Part shown: positions 27,301 through 38,448 of the stretch, one piece after another
Numbering within the stretch: position 1 is the stretch's first letter
Layout: the number at the start of each line of letters is the position of its first letter
Position numbers and translations under genes: made by a program
Assembly (NCBI GenBank): GCA_002104945.1
Contig: MCFH01000020.1
Span: forward strand, 372,001 to 436,000
Length of the DNA: 64,000 nt
Reading direction: 5' to 3'
Origin: Piromyces finnis finn
Taxonomy: Eukaryota > Fungi > Neocallimastigomycota
The notes under the pieces: model-generated
What the model saw: only the letters and a program-made list of their open reading frames with translations
Told to the model about the DNA's origin: nothing
Databases searched by the model: none

Positions 27301-29755
27301 TCCGGAAATTGATGACTTATTGAAAAAAGCTGATATTCAATTTAGAAATAACAGAGGACTTTCTGAAATTTATGCCTTGGATATTATATTAGACTCAATT
27401 CTAAATATTATTATAATTTCAAGTAAAGAACTATTGAATATTAATATAGTTCCATTAGATGTTTGTGTTAAGTATATTCAAATGTTTAAAGATATTTTCG
27501 AAGATGAACTCTCTGGAAATATAATTGACGAAACCTATTTATTAAATTACATCAAACAAAGAAAAGAAAAAATTCATGAAATAATAAAAATAGATAATAA
27601 TTATATATATATAAGTTTTGCAAATGAAATAATGACTGATAAATATATACAAAAATTAGGGAATATAAATAATAAATTTAATGACAGTAATTTCAAATAT
27701 AATGTTGAACAATTAATACAAGCAATAAAAACACCAAAGATTTTAAAAGATAATCCATTAAAAGCATATATTAATAATTATATTACCTTCTTCCCAATAT
27801 ATAAAGATCTTTTCTATGATATCATTGAAATATTAATTCCGGAAGATGAAATGGCTTTAGATGTATTAGGATCAGTTATAATTAATAATTGTGATCATAA
27901 ATTTAATAAAAATTATTATCAATTCTTACTTCGTGCTTCTAATGGTATAGAATCATTTATTTTTAAAACATCAAATCATGAAAAGTTTTTTTCAAAAAAT
28001 GAAAATAATAATGTATTTATTGATCTATCTAAACTTGATAATGTAGATTATAAAAAGGAATTAAACAAAATTTTTGAAAATAATGAAGAAAATAAAAACG
28101 ATATTATTGTTATTTTACTTCTTATTTTCTTGATTTCATATGGAGAATACGATAAAAATAAAAATGAAATCTTATTATTATTGGAAGAAATCGAATTCTT
28201 TTTTGGTTATTTTACTGATATTGATTATTTACCATTAATATCAATTATCAAAGAATATAATAATGGTTTAAATTTACTAGAAGATGGATATAAACTCATT
28301 ACTTTTAAGCTTAATAATAAGGAAATGCAACCTAGTAATTTTGATTCTAAAGAAGATACTCTTCGAAACCTTTTAAATAATTTTATTTTTACTTTTAATA
28401 AATCATTAAAAGAAGAAAATATAAATGATTTTATGAAAGGGTATATTGAATATTTCCCTATTATTCAGAAATTAAAAGATAGTATAATACAATTATTACA
28501 ACCAGGTTATTACAACAGTGTAGAATATATTAACGCTAATTTAAAAAATTACATAACACAATTTGGTTTGAGTCTTTATGATTACTACACTAGCTGCTGT
28601 TCTAATAGTCTCGAAACTATTCTTGAACATGATAAAGATTTTTCATTCTATAAATTTAATGGACGCATCTACTGCAAATATAATCAAAAGTATAAGGAAA
28701 ATGAAATAAATAACATAAATAAAAAGCTTGATGATTCTATTGTTGCTATTGTCAAAGACTCATTACCAGAAGAAGAAGATTATAAGCGTTTAGAAAAATT
28801 TGAGAAGAAAATGAAAAAGATAATAATGAATGAAAAACAGTGGAAAAATTATGAATTAGAAGTACATCGTTTTGGTTCATCTAAAAATGGACTTTGGAGT
28901 AATCAAAGTGATATTGATTTATGTATTTTTGCTAATAATTCAAAAGGTCAATATATTGACATTAATATGCACAAAATTGCCCATGTTTTAAAAGTTAATG
29001 GTATGATAAATATAGAACCTATTATTCATACACGTATCCCAATTTGTAAATTTGAGGATCCAGAAACTGGCTTCAATTGTGATCTCAGTTGTAATAATCG
29101 TATTCCAATCTATAATTCTGAACTTATTGCTTGTTATATGAAATTTGATGAACGAGTTCGTGATATTGTTATGATTGTTAAAAAATGGGCAAAAGAACGC
29201 TGTATCAATAGTTCGAAAGACCGTACTTTTTCCAGTTATACTTTTGTACTCCTATGTATTGCTTATTTCCAAATAATTGATCCACCAGTTCTTCCAAATC
29301 TTCAAAATAAAATAGCTAATATTGATATGTTTGAAATTGACGTTAATGTTTCCAATAAATTACTTAATAAAAATTTATCAGGTTATTATCTTGAAAAAGT
29401 TAGATTTTATAATGACATTAAAAAAATAAGTCGATACTTTATTTCTAAAAATGAATCAAGTCGTAGAGAACTTTTACTGGGTCTTTTTAAGTTTTATGGT
29501 TGTGACTATCATTTCGAAGATGTTATATGTAACATTCGAGTCGATGGAAGTTTCGAAAAAGTTCATGATTACTTACATAATAATAAAGATTATATATTTG
29601 CCGTAAAAGATCCATTTATTAAAAAAAGAATAATTAATTGTAATTCTGGAGAAGATGAAAAGCGCCATATCATTAACGAATTTTATCGCGCTTATAACAT
29701 ATTAAAAAATACAAATGAATTAAATGCCATTTTTAAAAATGATGATATCGTTTAG
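24320..29755 (+). CDS. Giant intronless Cid1/TUT/GLD-2-family RNA nucleotidyltransferase with N-terminal winged-helix-like repeats and a central motif array
   Basis: 1811-aa open frame. The C-terminus carries FGSSKNGLWSNQSDIDLCI (DxD), HTRIPICKF, CDLSCNN (third Asp), KKWAK, FSSYTFVLLCIAYFQ..PPVLPNLQ and VKDPF, which are the pol-beta NTase plus PAP-associated domain signatures. Confidence 0.9.
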   Translation: MSANFRKAITGFCYTKNGEILITEKCLSIHEIKLRNKYSEISKKKVNLNSSNTYLNVKNNKITLKKKGEELIKKQIELYNKKLRFFFDFNLNGEFQTENKTTTFLANKLKYFPKFRNLIDFLMCYVQLKNSINEKVYIEDIENYLNNQKIFSKKISIYFKSLIRGYRSFFKSTLKSIFQISSNNKIQFSDRVTSSINNTKRKINEKSEKYKIMQIKLDLFNYLNKKKRNTISYEDVKMIIEKNNMKSNKDIIETVLNIKDNYFILDNNVYNVNMNIRNNIKEYDNNKSFISQCVWLHPYFEKCLVIIIDFLKMHELIGSTKITVESANNWLLNHYSLDDSEKEIMKTFLKECKDLNTFLSFDINSDIFKIVKENNTEYVILQADSLNKNKIELESLYQKHLLKNQPLILEPYNDNFLLLNYSYLSLKKSDWDDIESFTLEIFIIFFMACYKSFGVVCNSQFLLELIGKYKIPIKSLTINYLEELISKKKYIITHKIKISNSKNSSEEILRLCFDNISMIKIRSYTDDYSSDDDSDDYSDDYSDDDSDDDSDDKNDDENVLNDIEAKNESSKLDNNVTIENKEFTEKNDDDDNPINNNEFSQGNNESSSLNLNKTSSIINPKIELTQANYDNQNQGKALSLPSSPKSYLNSLVINNQAQHNSNLRQPPGLENQNAKSFPNSPKINFDVSAPNYQPQDYNDFYQPPPGFESQSIKDFPNLPKADFDVSAPSYQPQDYNYFYQPPPGFESQSIKDFPNLPKTDFDISAPSYQPQDHNDLYQPPGFESQSINGFPNSPKTDLNVSAPSYQPQDHNSFHQPLGFENQSINGFPNSPKTDLNVSAPSYQPLGFENQSINGFLNSPKTDLNVSAPSYQPLGFENQSIKSFPNSPKTDLNVSAPSYQPLGFENQSIKSFPNSPKTDLNVSAPSYQPLGFENQSIKSFPNSPKTDLNVSAPSYQPQNYPNNFEDDDFEDIFKDDDDDDSNESESNYENETYVNPEIDDLLKKADIQFRNNRGLSEIYALDIILDSILNIIIISSKELLNINIVPLDVCVKYIQMFKDIFEDELSGNIIDETYLLNYIKQRKEKIHEIIKIDNNYIYISFANEIMTDKYIQKLGNINNKFNDSNFKYNVEQLIQAIKTPKILKDNPLKAYINNYITFFPIYKDLFYDIIEILIPEDEMALDVLGSVIINNCDHKFNKNYYQFLLRASNGIESFIFKTSNHEKFFSKNENNNVFIDLSKLDNVDYKKELNKIFENNEENKNDIIVILLLIFLISYGEYDKNKNEILLLLEEIEFFFGYFTDIDYLPLISIIKEYNNGLNLLEDGYKLITFKLNNKEMQPSNFDSKEDTLRNLLNNFIFTFNKSLKEENINDFMKGYIEYFPIIQKLKDSIIQLLQPGYYNSVEYINANLKNYITQFGLSLYDYYTSCCSNSLETILEHDKDFSFYKFNGRIYCKYNQKYKENEINNINKKLDDSIVAIVKDSLPEEEDYKRLEKFEKKMKKIIMNEKQWKNYELEVHRFGSSKNGLWSNQSDIDLCIFANNSKGQYIDINMHKIAHVLKVNGMINIEPIIHTRIPICKFEDPETGFNCDLSCNNRIPIYNSELIACYMKFDERVRDIVMIVKKWAKERCINSSKDRTFSSYTFVLLCIAYFQIIDPPVLPNLQNKIANIDMFEIDVNVSNKLLNKNLSGYYLEKVRFYNDIKKISRYFISKNESSRRELLLGLFKFYGCDYHFEDVICNIRVDGSFEKVHDYLHNNKDYIFAVKDPFIKKRIINCNSGEDEKRHIINEFYRAYNILKNTNELNAIFKNDDIV
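26312..27187 (+). repeat. In-frame tandem repeat, 9 units (core 84 nt / 28 aa, QP[P/L]GFENQSIxxFPNSPKTDLNVSAPSY)
   Basis: Visible in both DNA and protein. Units 2-5 have an extra QPQD[Y/H]NxFY-type spacer, and the last three units are identical. Confidence 0.95.
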
Positions 29756-30475
29756 AAATTAAATATATAAATCTAGTTTAATCCTTAATTATTTATTTAT
29801 TACTAAATATATTAATAAATATTCAATGAAGTCTAATCAGTTATAAACTATAAATATTTAGCATATTAATTAAAGATTAAAAATATACCAACAATAAAAA
29901 ATAATTAAAAAAAAAAAAAAAAAAAAAACTTTAAATATTTCTTTGTTCATATTTTTATAATTATTCTAATATCTTCTTATATATATTTTTTGTTTATTTA
30001 GTTGATGTTAAAATTTTTTTTATTCTATTCAAAAAAAGCAGAGTATATTTTCTAGATCATCATTTTATAATATAATAGTAATACAGAATAATTTCTTTTT
30101 AATGGCTCTATTAAATTTTTTTAAAAAAAAAAAAAAAAAAAAAAATTAGTTATAATAATGAGAATAATAATTTTATTAAAAAGACTATATATCATTAAAT
30201 TTTAAGACATATGAACCATATAAATAAAAAAATAACTATTTCCTAAAGCATGTACACATTATGTTTACAACACCTTTAATACATATTTGCATTTTTATGA
30301 CATGTATTTATTTATAAATATATAACGTAAATATATGTTTATAATTTTTCATAAAATTACCATATGATTTATAAAATCTAACCTTTAAAAAGGTTAGAAT
30401 TTATTGTTTAAAATTTTATTAGAAAAATTTATTCCATTTTTATTATTTGTAACAAACAACAACAACAACAACAAC

Positions 30476-30506
<31 letters not shown>

Positions 30507-32786
30507 TATTAAAATCTAAAAAACATTTTTAATTGCTTTTTAATAACTGAAATATTTTGTATTTTTTTTTTTTTTAAAAAAAAATATCTAGAATTTATTA
30601 ATTTTTATAATAAATTAAACTTTTAAATTTCGAAAAAAAAAACAATTAACATCAATTTTATAGATAAATTAAATATTAAATACGTTTTAAACATTTGTGA
30701 ATATTTAGTAGTATTTATAATATACAATTTATTGAACTATTCACAATATATTTTTGAAATATATTTCAATATTTATTGATAAAAAATATATAATGTAAAA
30801 AACAATATCTATATTTTTAAAATATTCAATAAAAGTGTATAAGAAAAAAAAAAATACTTTTATAATTTTATTGTTATGATATATATCATTTATTCTTAAA
30901 TATAATATATGCTCTGATGTACTAAAATTTATTTACAAAAAAAAAAAAAAGAGAATTCTTTTTAATATATTATAAAAATTTAATTTCTTAATATTTTTAA
31001 TAAGTAATGTGTGATTAAACATTAAATGAACGACAGTTTTCATGAAAATATGTATAATTAAACTTATTATTATTATAATATATACTTATTTGTAGATACA
31101 TTTATTATTAATATTTTAAATTTTTTAATGTTCATTTTTATAGTTATTTTTATATATAAAATAATTGAATGAATAATAATAGAATAAAATTTAAATTATA
31201 TATATATAAAGTTTATAAAATTCTTTTAAAAAAGAATTTAAAAGTTAAATACATTATTTTGTTATATATTATGATTAACTTGTATTATAAGTTGAAAATA
31301 TTATTAAATGCAATTAAAATGTTTTTACTAAATACATTTTCATTTAGAGTTATAATAAAAGTGTGATATATATAATTTATATTTCTTTTTTGTTTTTTTA
31401 TTTTTTAATTAGAAAACCTGATATATAATTAGAATTATAATATTAAAGATAGTATAATATTTCATTACTTGTAAAAAAAAATATTTTAAACGACAAAAAT
31501 TGTGTATTCAAAATATAAAAGTATTAAGAAAAAAAAATCAATTTAATAAGAAACACATATTAACTCCAAATAAGCCATTATCATAAGAAAATTGAATTAT
31601 TAAAAATTAACTATAATTATTTAAAGTATGCATTTTAAAATTAATATTATAAAAATTAAATACTAATCGTACTAAACAAGGTTGAGAAAATTTTAAAAAA
31701 ATCTTATTCTCTAATTAAAATTTAATTAATAATTTTAATTTTTTATTTTATATTATATTATACTACCTAAAACAAAGATTATAATTGTTTATTATCAAAT
31801 TAATTATTTTTTTTTTTTAAAGTGTTTCATATATAATAATTAAATGAATAATTAAAAGAATATAATCCTAATGTTTTTTAAATTTAAAGTTATATTGTTC
31901 TCTATATAATACATTTTTATTTTCTTTTTTAACAGAAATATATAGTTTGCTTTATTTTAAAAAATAAAAAAATATAAAAATAAATAAATATATATTTTTT
32001 CTTTTTTTCTTTTTTTTTTTTTTTTTAACAAGAATTGATATTTTTATTTAATAGTATATAAATTATATAAAGAAAAATACATTTTTTTCTCTAAAAAGAA
32101 AAACAAGAAAACAACAATATTCAGTAGTAGATATACAATTAGAAATTATAAAGAAATAATTATATATATATAATCTATATATCACTCAAGAGGATATAAG
32201 TTGATATAAATATTTTTCTTTCTGAGGAATATTATTATTTTGATGAGATATTAATATAAAATCCTGGGTAGAATTTTTTTTTTTTTTTTGAAATTCCATT
32301 ATAATAAGTAAATATATAATATTTCTTAATATTTTATTTCTTGTTATTATTAATAAGTAAAAGAATTGAATGAAAGAATACTATAAAAATATATTAAGTA
32401 AAAAAAGAATTTAATTTATTTTGAAATGAAGAAAAACAATTCAATTATTATTCATTTATAAATAATTAAATACGGCACTATATTATTAATCAATAATAAA
32501 ACAGTATAATCTTTTTAGAAATAAATATAGAACACTTAATACATAATCAAATATAAGTTACAATTAGAAATAAAACTTATTGTATTAAAAACAGAAAGTT
32601 TAAAAAATGTTTATATATTAAGAAATTTTAATTATTATAATTTTAATATTATATTATTGCTTTAGAGGGTTAGAGTTATGAAACAGTTATTTTAATTATT
32701 AAAATTTTTGAAATTTTAATATATAACACATTTTTATTAATTATTTGAAATAATAATATTTTTTTTATATCTAAAGTAATATTAAC

Positions 32787-32817
<31 letters not shown>

Positions 32818-32888
32818 TTTTTTTTTCTTTTGAATATTTAGTTTTATTTTATTTAATAGAAATTATAAATTAGTGTATATATAGGAAA

Positions 32889-34873
32889 ATGAGTAGTGTA
32901 CTATTTTTGGCAGTCCTATTATTACATATAATAGGACAAATCTATGGTCGTGTTGTTAATTTTAATCTTTTAACTTTTGGTCAATCAGTTTCTGTAGTGT
33001 TTAAGGATAAAACACTAACAATGAAATTAATTGATAATTATTCACATGTACATTCAGTTACTGGAATTTGTCCAGATGATGATTTTGAGTATGTACTTTG
33101 TAATAAATACATATAATAATTTAATTTACAATTATTAATTATTTATTATAACAATAATAATTGTTATAATATATATAATATCATCTTTTTTTTTTATCAA
33201 ATTAAAGATATACTTATATTGTTGATGGATTTCCAGAAGGTTTTTCAAGAACTCTTCCAAGAGGTCAACTTACCACGCATATTGAATTCTTCCAAAGAAA
33301 AGATACTTTAAGTCCATTAAAAGGTATGGGTTATCCAGAAGATAAACCACTTTGGAACCGTTCAATTGGTAAAACATCAGTTTTTGATGATTCTTATATT
33401 CCAACAGTTATTATTGATGAAGGTTCAAGAGATTTCTTTATTACAGGTAATGATACTTGGACTTTAACTAGATTTACACTTGTTTTACAAGATGAAATTT
33501 TCACTGAAGAAAATGTTCCAACTAAAGCACAAAATCGTTATCAAGATAAATTCCAATGGAGAGTAAAACTTGAAAAGAAAATTCATAAAAGAAAAGTATT
33601 TAAGTTTAGAGCTAATCCAGCAGATCCAATCTTTTATCGTCAATCTCTTTATGGTGATATGGTAGCTGCTATTGGTAATCCAGTTCATAATCAAGTTATC
33701 GTTCGTGTTTATTTAAGTGATGGTACTCCAATTGGTTTATATTTAATGATTGAAGTTACCAGTTCCAATTCGTTTATAAAGTCTCAATTCTATGGTAATG
33801 AAGAAACCGGAAAAATAACAGTTCCAGAAACTGGTTTAGGTTATGCATTAGATTGTAGTACTGGTGCTGATTTTGTTTTAGGTGGTCCATTTTATGCATT
33901 CCAATATTCTGAAGGTGAAAATAATGAAAAAATTAAATATTTGACTGAAGCTATGCATAAATTAGATGTTACTAATGAAGAAGAAGTTAAGAAATTTAGT
34001 AGAGAATGGCTTGATTTAGATACATTCTTTAAAGCCCTTGCTTTGGAATATTTAACTGGTGACTGGGATTCCTACTGGATGTTAACTACTAATTTTGTTA
34101 TGTATGATGCTCCAGACGAATCTACTAGCAAAACATTCAAGTACTACTTTATTGATCAAGATTTTGATTTGACCTTTGGTATCGGTTTATCTGAAAAAGT
34201 TAATTTATATGGTGAAGCATTCCCAGCTCAATCTTATAAAACTTTAGTTGATCGTGTATGGAGTGTTGAAAAGTATGATGGTGCAAATAGAGAAGCCATT
34301 GACATTTTCTTAAGAGGTGGTGTTACTAAAAATATGTTTGAAAATCATTTAATTGATATTGTTAAACATGTTTTTAATCCAGTTGCTATTGGTCGTCGTT
34401 TGTCAGAATATAATCGACGTTATGCTAGTGAAGTTGAATGGGATTATAATATTGAACGTTTACACCTTGGAGCTGATCCAAACAAAACTAGATATGTATG
34501 GACAATGAATGATTATTATGAAAATATGGAATCCACACCAAAGGCAAGTGTTAAATGGGGTTTTATGCAATGGATTAGAACTCGTGCTCAAGCTGTTGCT
34601 GAAGAATTTGGATTTGAATGGGATGCTGAACCATTAGATCCAATTGTTAAACTTCCAGAAGAAAAAGATGATGGTGGTCAATCCTCTTCTAATTTAAATA
34701 ATTCAGGTAATAATATTGAAAATAAAGTTGATAAGGATGATGATAATTCTAAAGAAGATAATGATAATAATCAATCCGATCCTTCATCATCTTCTGCTAT
34801 AACGGTCAAGAATATTAATGCTACTTTTGTATTTATTATTTTAACTTCATTAATTCTTGGTTTCTTTATATAA
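32889..34873 (+). CDS. CotH-family atypical kinase with signal peptide and GPI-like tail (one intron, 33089-33207)
   Basis: Signal peptide MSSVLFLAVLLLHIIGQIYG. The GA|gtatgt...aag|A junction restores EYTYIVDG. Kinase motifs GDWDSYW and IDQDFDLTFG are present, followed by a Ser-rich linker and a hydrophobic C-terminus. Confidence 0.88.
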
Positions 34874-35647
34874 ACATAATTATTTATCACAAATATAATA
34901 ATTCTTATTATAAAAAAAAAAAAAAAAGAAAAAAATATGATAATATTTAAAATAAATATTATATCTTAATCTTTTTATCAGTTATATTTTTTTTTTATTT
35001 ATTATCCTATAGTAAAACATAATATACCTTAATATATAAATTTTTATTTTTTTGTTAAAATAATATGAGGATTAATTAAAATATATATATATATTCAATT
35101 ATTTCTTTTTAATTATAATATTTTTTTATATAATTTTTATTTTGAATTATTTATATTTCTTCTTTTTTTTATATAACAACAAATATCTATAAAGTTTATT
35201 AATAATATTATAAAGTCTTTTTGTAATATATATATTTTACTAATTTTTTAATAAAGTTTTATTTTTAAAAATGAATAATGTAAAATGTAATTAAATTATA
35301 TATTTTCCCTATTTTAATTTTAATAGTTAAAAAGTGAATTTTTTATTAGTTACTATAAAAAAAATTATATAAAGTCAAATGTATTAATAAAAAAAATCTA
35401 GATTATTTAGAGTTTATTTTTTTTTTATCTTTAATTTGTTATTCCATTTTTACATTATTCATTTTTTTTTTTTTATTGTTACAAGTAGATTTGTGGTTAT
35501 AAAAATGTTACATGTTACCAATGCCTATATTTCTATATATATACATATAATTTTATTCTGCAAATTAAAATTCAAATAAAAATTGAAAAACCAATAACAT
35601 TTGATGTTACATATTTTTGAATTATTCTCGTATTATTATTATTATTT

Positions 35648-37259
35648 ACAAGGTTTTGAAAGGACTTTTTTCAGTCAGTAAATTCTTAAGAAATCCTAAT
35701 ATTCCTATTCCCTTCAAAAAGCTAGTACTTAACTCACAAGTGATTAGCAGAGTTTCATACTTTGCACCATTACTTGGATCCAACAAAGCTAGGTCTAGGA
35801 TTGCTCAGAAGCATGTTAACAAAGGAGTACGATGGGTTGCCGAGTTCATAAAGCTGTATCGTTTATATCTTTATACTCTATCAAAAAAGATTTGAATATT
35901 CCTCCATTGTCAGCCAAATGTGCATTAGCTCAGGTTAGATGTTTTAACAAATGGAAAAACTCAAATTGTATTATCTCACACCTTGTCAATTACATTCCTA
36001 AATTTAGAAAATACACGTGGTGCAAATCAAGCAGGACACTTGATAAAAAATTAAAGAAGCATGGAGATGTTAAAGCAGTTAAAAACTTTTATTGGAAAGA
36101 TCTCAAAGGGAATTCAATCAAAGCGCAATATTATGATGATAATAAATTTATTGAAACTAAAGATTTTATTAAATTATGTTATGAGTACCCAGAGTTTGCC
36201 TATGGCTTCTACTGGCTATTGAAAGCAAGAAGCGGATACAAGTTGGATGCTAGAGTTGCCAAAGCTGCTAAATTTGTTGATCCAGTTTGTCCTAACTACT
36301 GTCCATGTTGCAAGTGTGGAGATCAAAGTATTAAACATTGGTTATTAGATTGTCCAACATTTAGAGATATCCGTATTAAACATTATGATTCTATAGTCCA
36401 TCTATTAAATTTTTTCAGTCAACGTAATTCCAATAGTCCTATCAATAATAATGAAAATGTTAATATCAGTAGAAATAGCAATAACAGTAATAGTAATAGT
36501 AACAATAGTAATAATAACAATAGTAGTAATAGTAATAATAACAATAGTAATAATAACAATAGTAGTAATAGAAATAATAATATTAGTAATGATAGCAATA
36601 GTGATGATAATAATTCTAATTTAGATAGTAATTTAGTTAATGATAGTAATAGTTCTAATAATCCGGTGAATATTAATGTGTATGATTATTCTAGTGTGTG
36701 CAGTAAAATATTTAAATTCCTTCTTGGGGGAAGAAGTTTTAACAATATTAATTACAATTCAAGGGAATGGAAAGAACTTTGTAAGCGTCAGATTCAATCT
36801 GGTACTAATGAAGGAACACCATTCTTGACGGTAACCGCGGAACTTCTAACCAAAATCATGCCTTTTGCTATTGGCCAGCAATGGTCAATGTTCAAAAGGT
36901 TTGAAGCAACATCCAAGAGCGTCAATGCTGAAGAAACAGTAAGACAGGCCAGGAGGGCCAGCGCAACCAATGGAGATCATAATTTTGTTCCATGACAAAA
37001 TTTCGATCTTTGGCTCGGTGTCCCATTGGAAGTCAAATACAATTATTATACTTTAGTATGATAGTGGCTTTCTTACTTTAATTAAAATTACTAGAATACA
37101 TTATACCCAATTTTTATTCATTTGTGTTTAATTAAACATATTTTTTTTTTATTTTTATTTTTATTTTTAATTTTTTTATTACATGTATTATAATTTTAAT
37201 TAAATTAATAATAAAGTTTAAAATATTTGATGCCGTTAAAAAAAAAAAAAAAAAAAAAA
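35648..37259 (+). mobile_element. 5'-truncated non-LTR retrotransposon (LINE): RT C-terminal/thumb region plus CCHC knuckle, frameshifted
   Basis: Frame 1 (FLRNPNIPIPFKKLVLNSQVISRVSYFAPLLG) shifts near 35842 into frame 2, which contains CPCCKCGDQSIKHWLLDC (Cx2Cx8Hx4C). An A22 tail lies at 37238-37259. A candidate 14-bp TSD TATTATTATTATTT lies at 35634-35647 and 37260-37273. Confidence 0.82.
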
Positions 37260-38448
37260 TATTATTATTATTTTTTGTAACACCAAATTATAATTAACAA
37301 CTTTAATACAACCATAGAAGAAAAATAAGAAATATTAATAATAATAATAATAATAATAAAAAACTTTATTCAAAAACATAGTTCATTATAAATAATTAGA
37401 GAGTTGTATATTTTATAATTTTTATTTTGGTGATATTTCTTATTTGTTATGTAAATTCATTCATATTCTTTTAAATCTCATTTACTTTAACATAGATTTA
37501 TGTTTCTAAACATAAATTTATTATCAAATACATAAAAATATGTTTTTTATAATTTTTACAATACATTTTATGATAAAAGAAAAGTTTATTTTCTTTTAAT
37601 TAAAGTTTTTTTTTTAATTTATAGCTTTTATTAAAAAATTAAATTTTAATATATAAATTAAATTAATTTATATTAGTGACATTTCCAGAAAAGATAAAAG
37701 TCCAGAAGTATTTCTTGATAAATGTACTAGTCATACATTGATTCTATATATTGTAGTATAATGAAATAATATAATAATTAAATTAACTTTTATTTTAATA
37801 AAAAATATTAAATAGAATAATAATAATTAATTTTTGATTCATAGAGTTTAATAATAATTTTATTTAAATTTAATCATTATTTTAAAATTTTAATATTAAA
37901 CCATTTGATTGTATTAAATTTCATAAGATTTCAAAAGATTCCTATTGATTTATATAAAAACTAAAAATTTGTAGTTTTTTTTTTTTTTTTTTTTTTTAAA
38001 ATATTGAAATATAAAGAAAACAGAACAAAATAAAAAATTATTATATATATGTGAATGTATATAAACTAAAATAAAAAAAAAATAATATTATTAATAAAAA
38101 AGTTTAAAAAAAAAATAAAAATAATTAAAAAAGAAAAAGAGTAGAAAAGACAAAAAATTTTAAAATTCATATAATACTTAATGAAGAATATATAATATAT
38201 AATAAAATAGTATATTATTATTCAAGAAAATTTAAAAGAAAGCATATAAAATAATAAAAATTTAAAACATTTATAGTATTAATAAATCATATATTTTTAA
38301 CAATTTCTAAATCCATTTTGTAATAAAGTAAGAAATATATATTTTAAAAAATTATTAAATTTAATTTAGTAATTTTATACAATTTTTAAATTGACTTTTA
38401 ATAATTATTAAAAAGTTAACTTTTACAAATAAATATATAAAGTATAAA

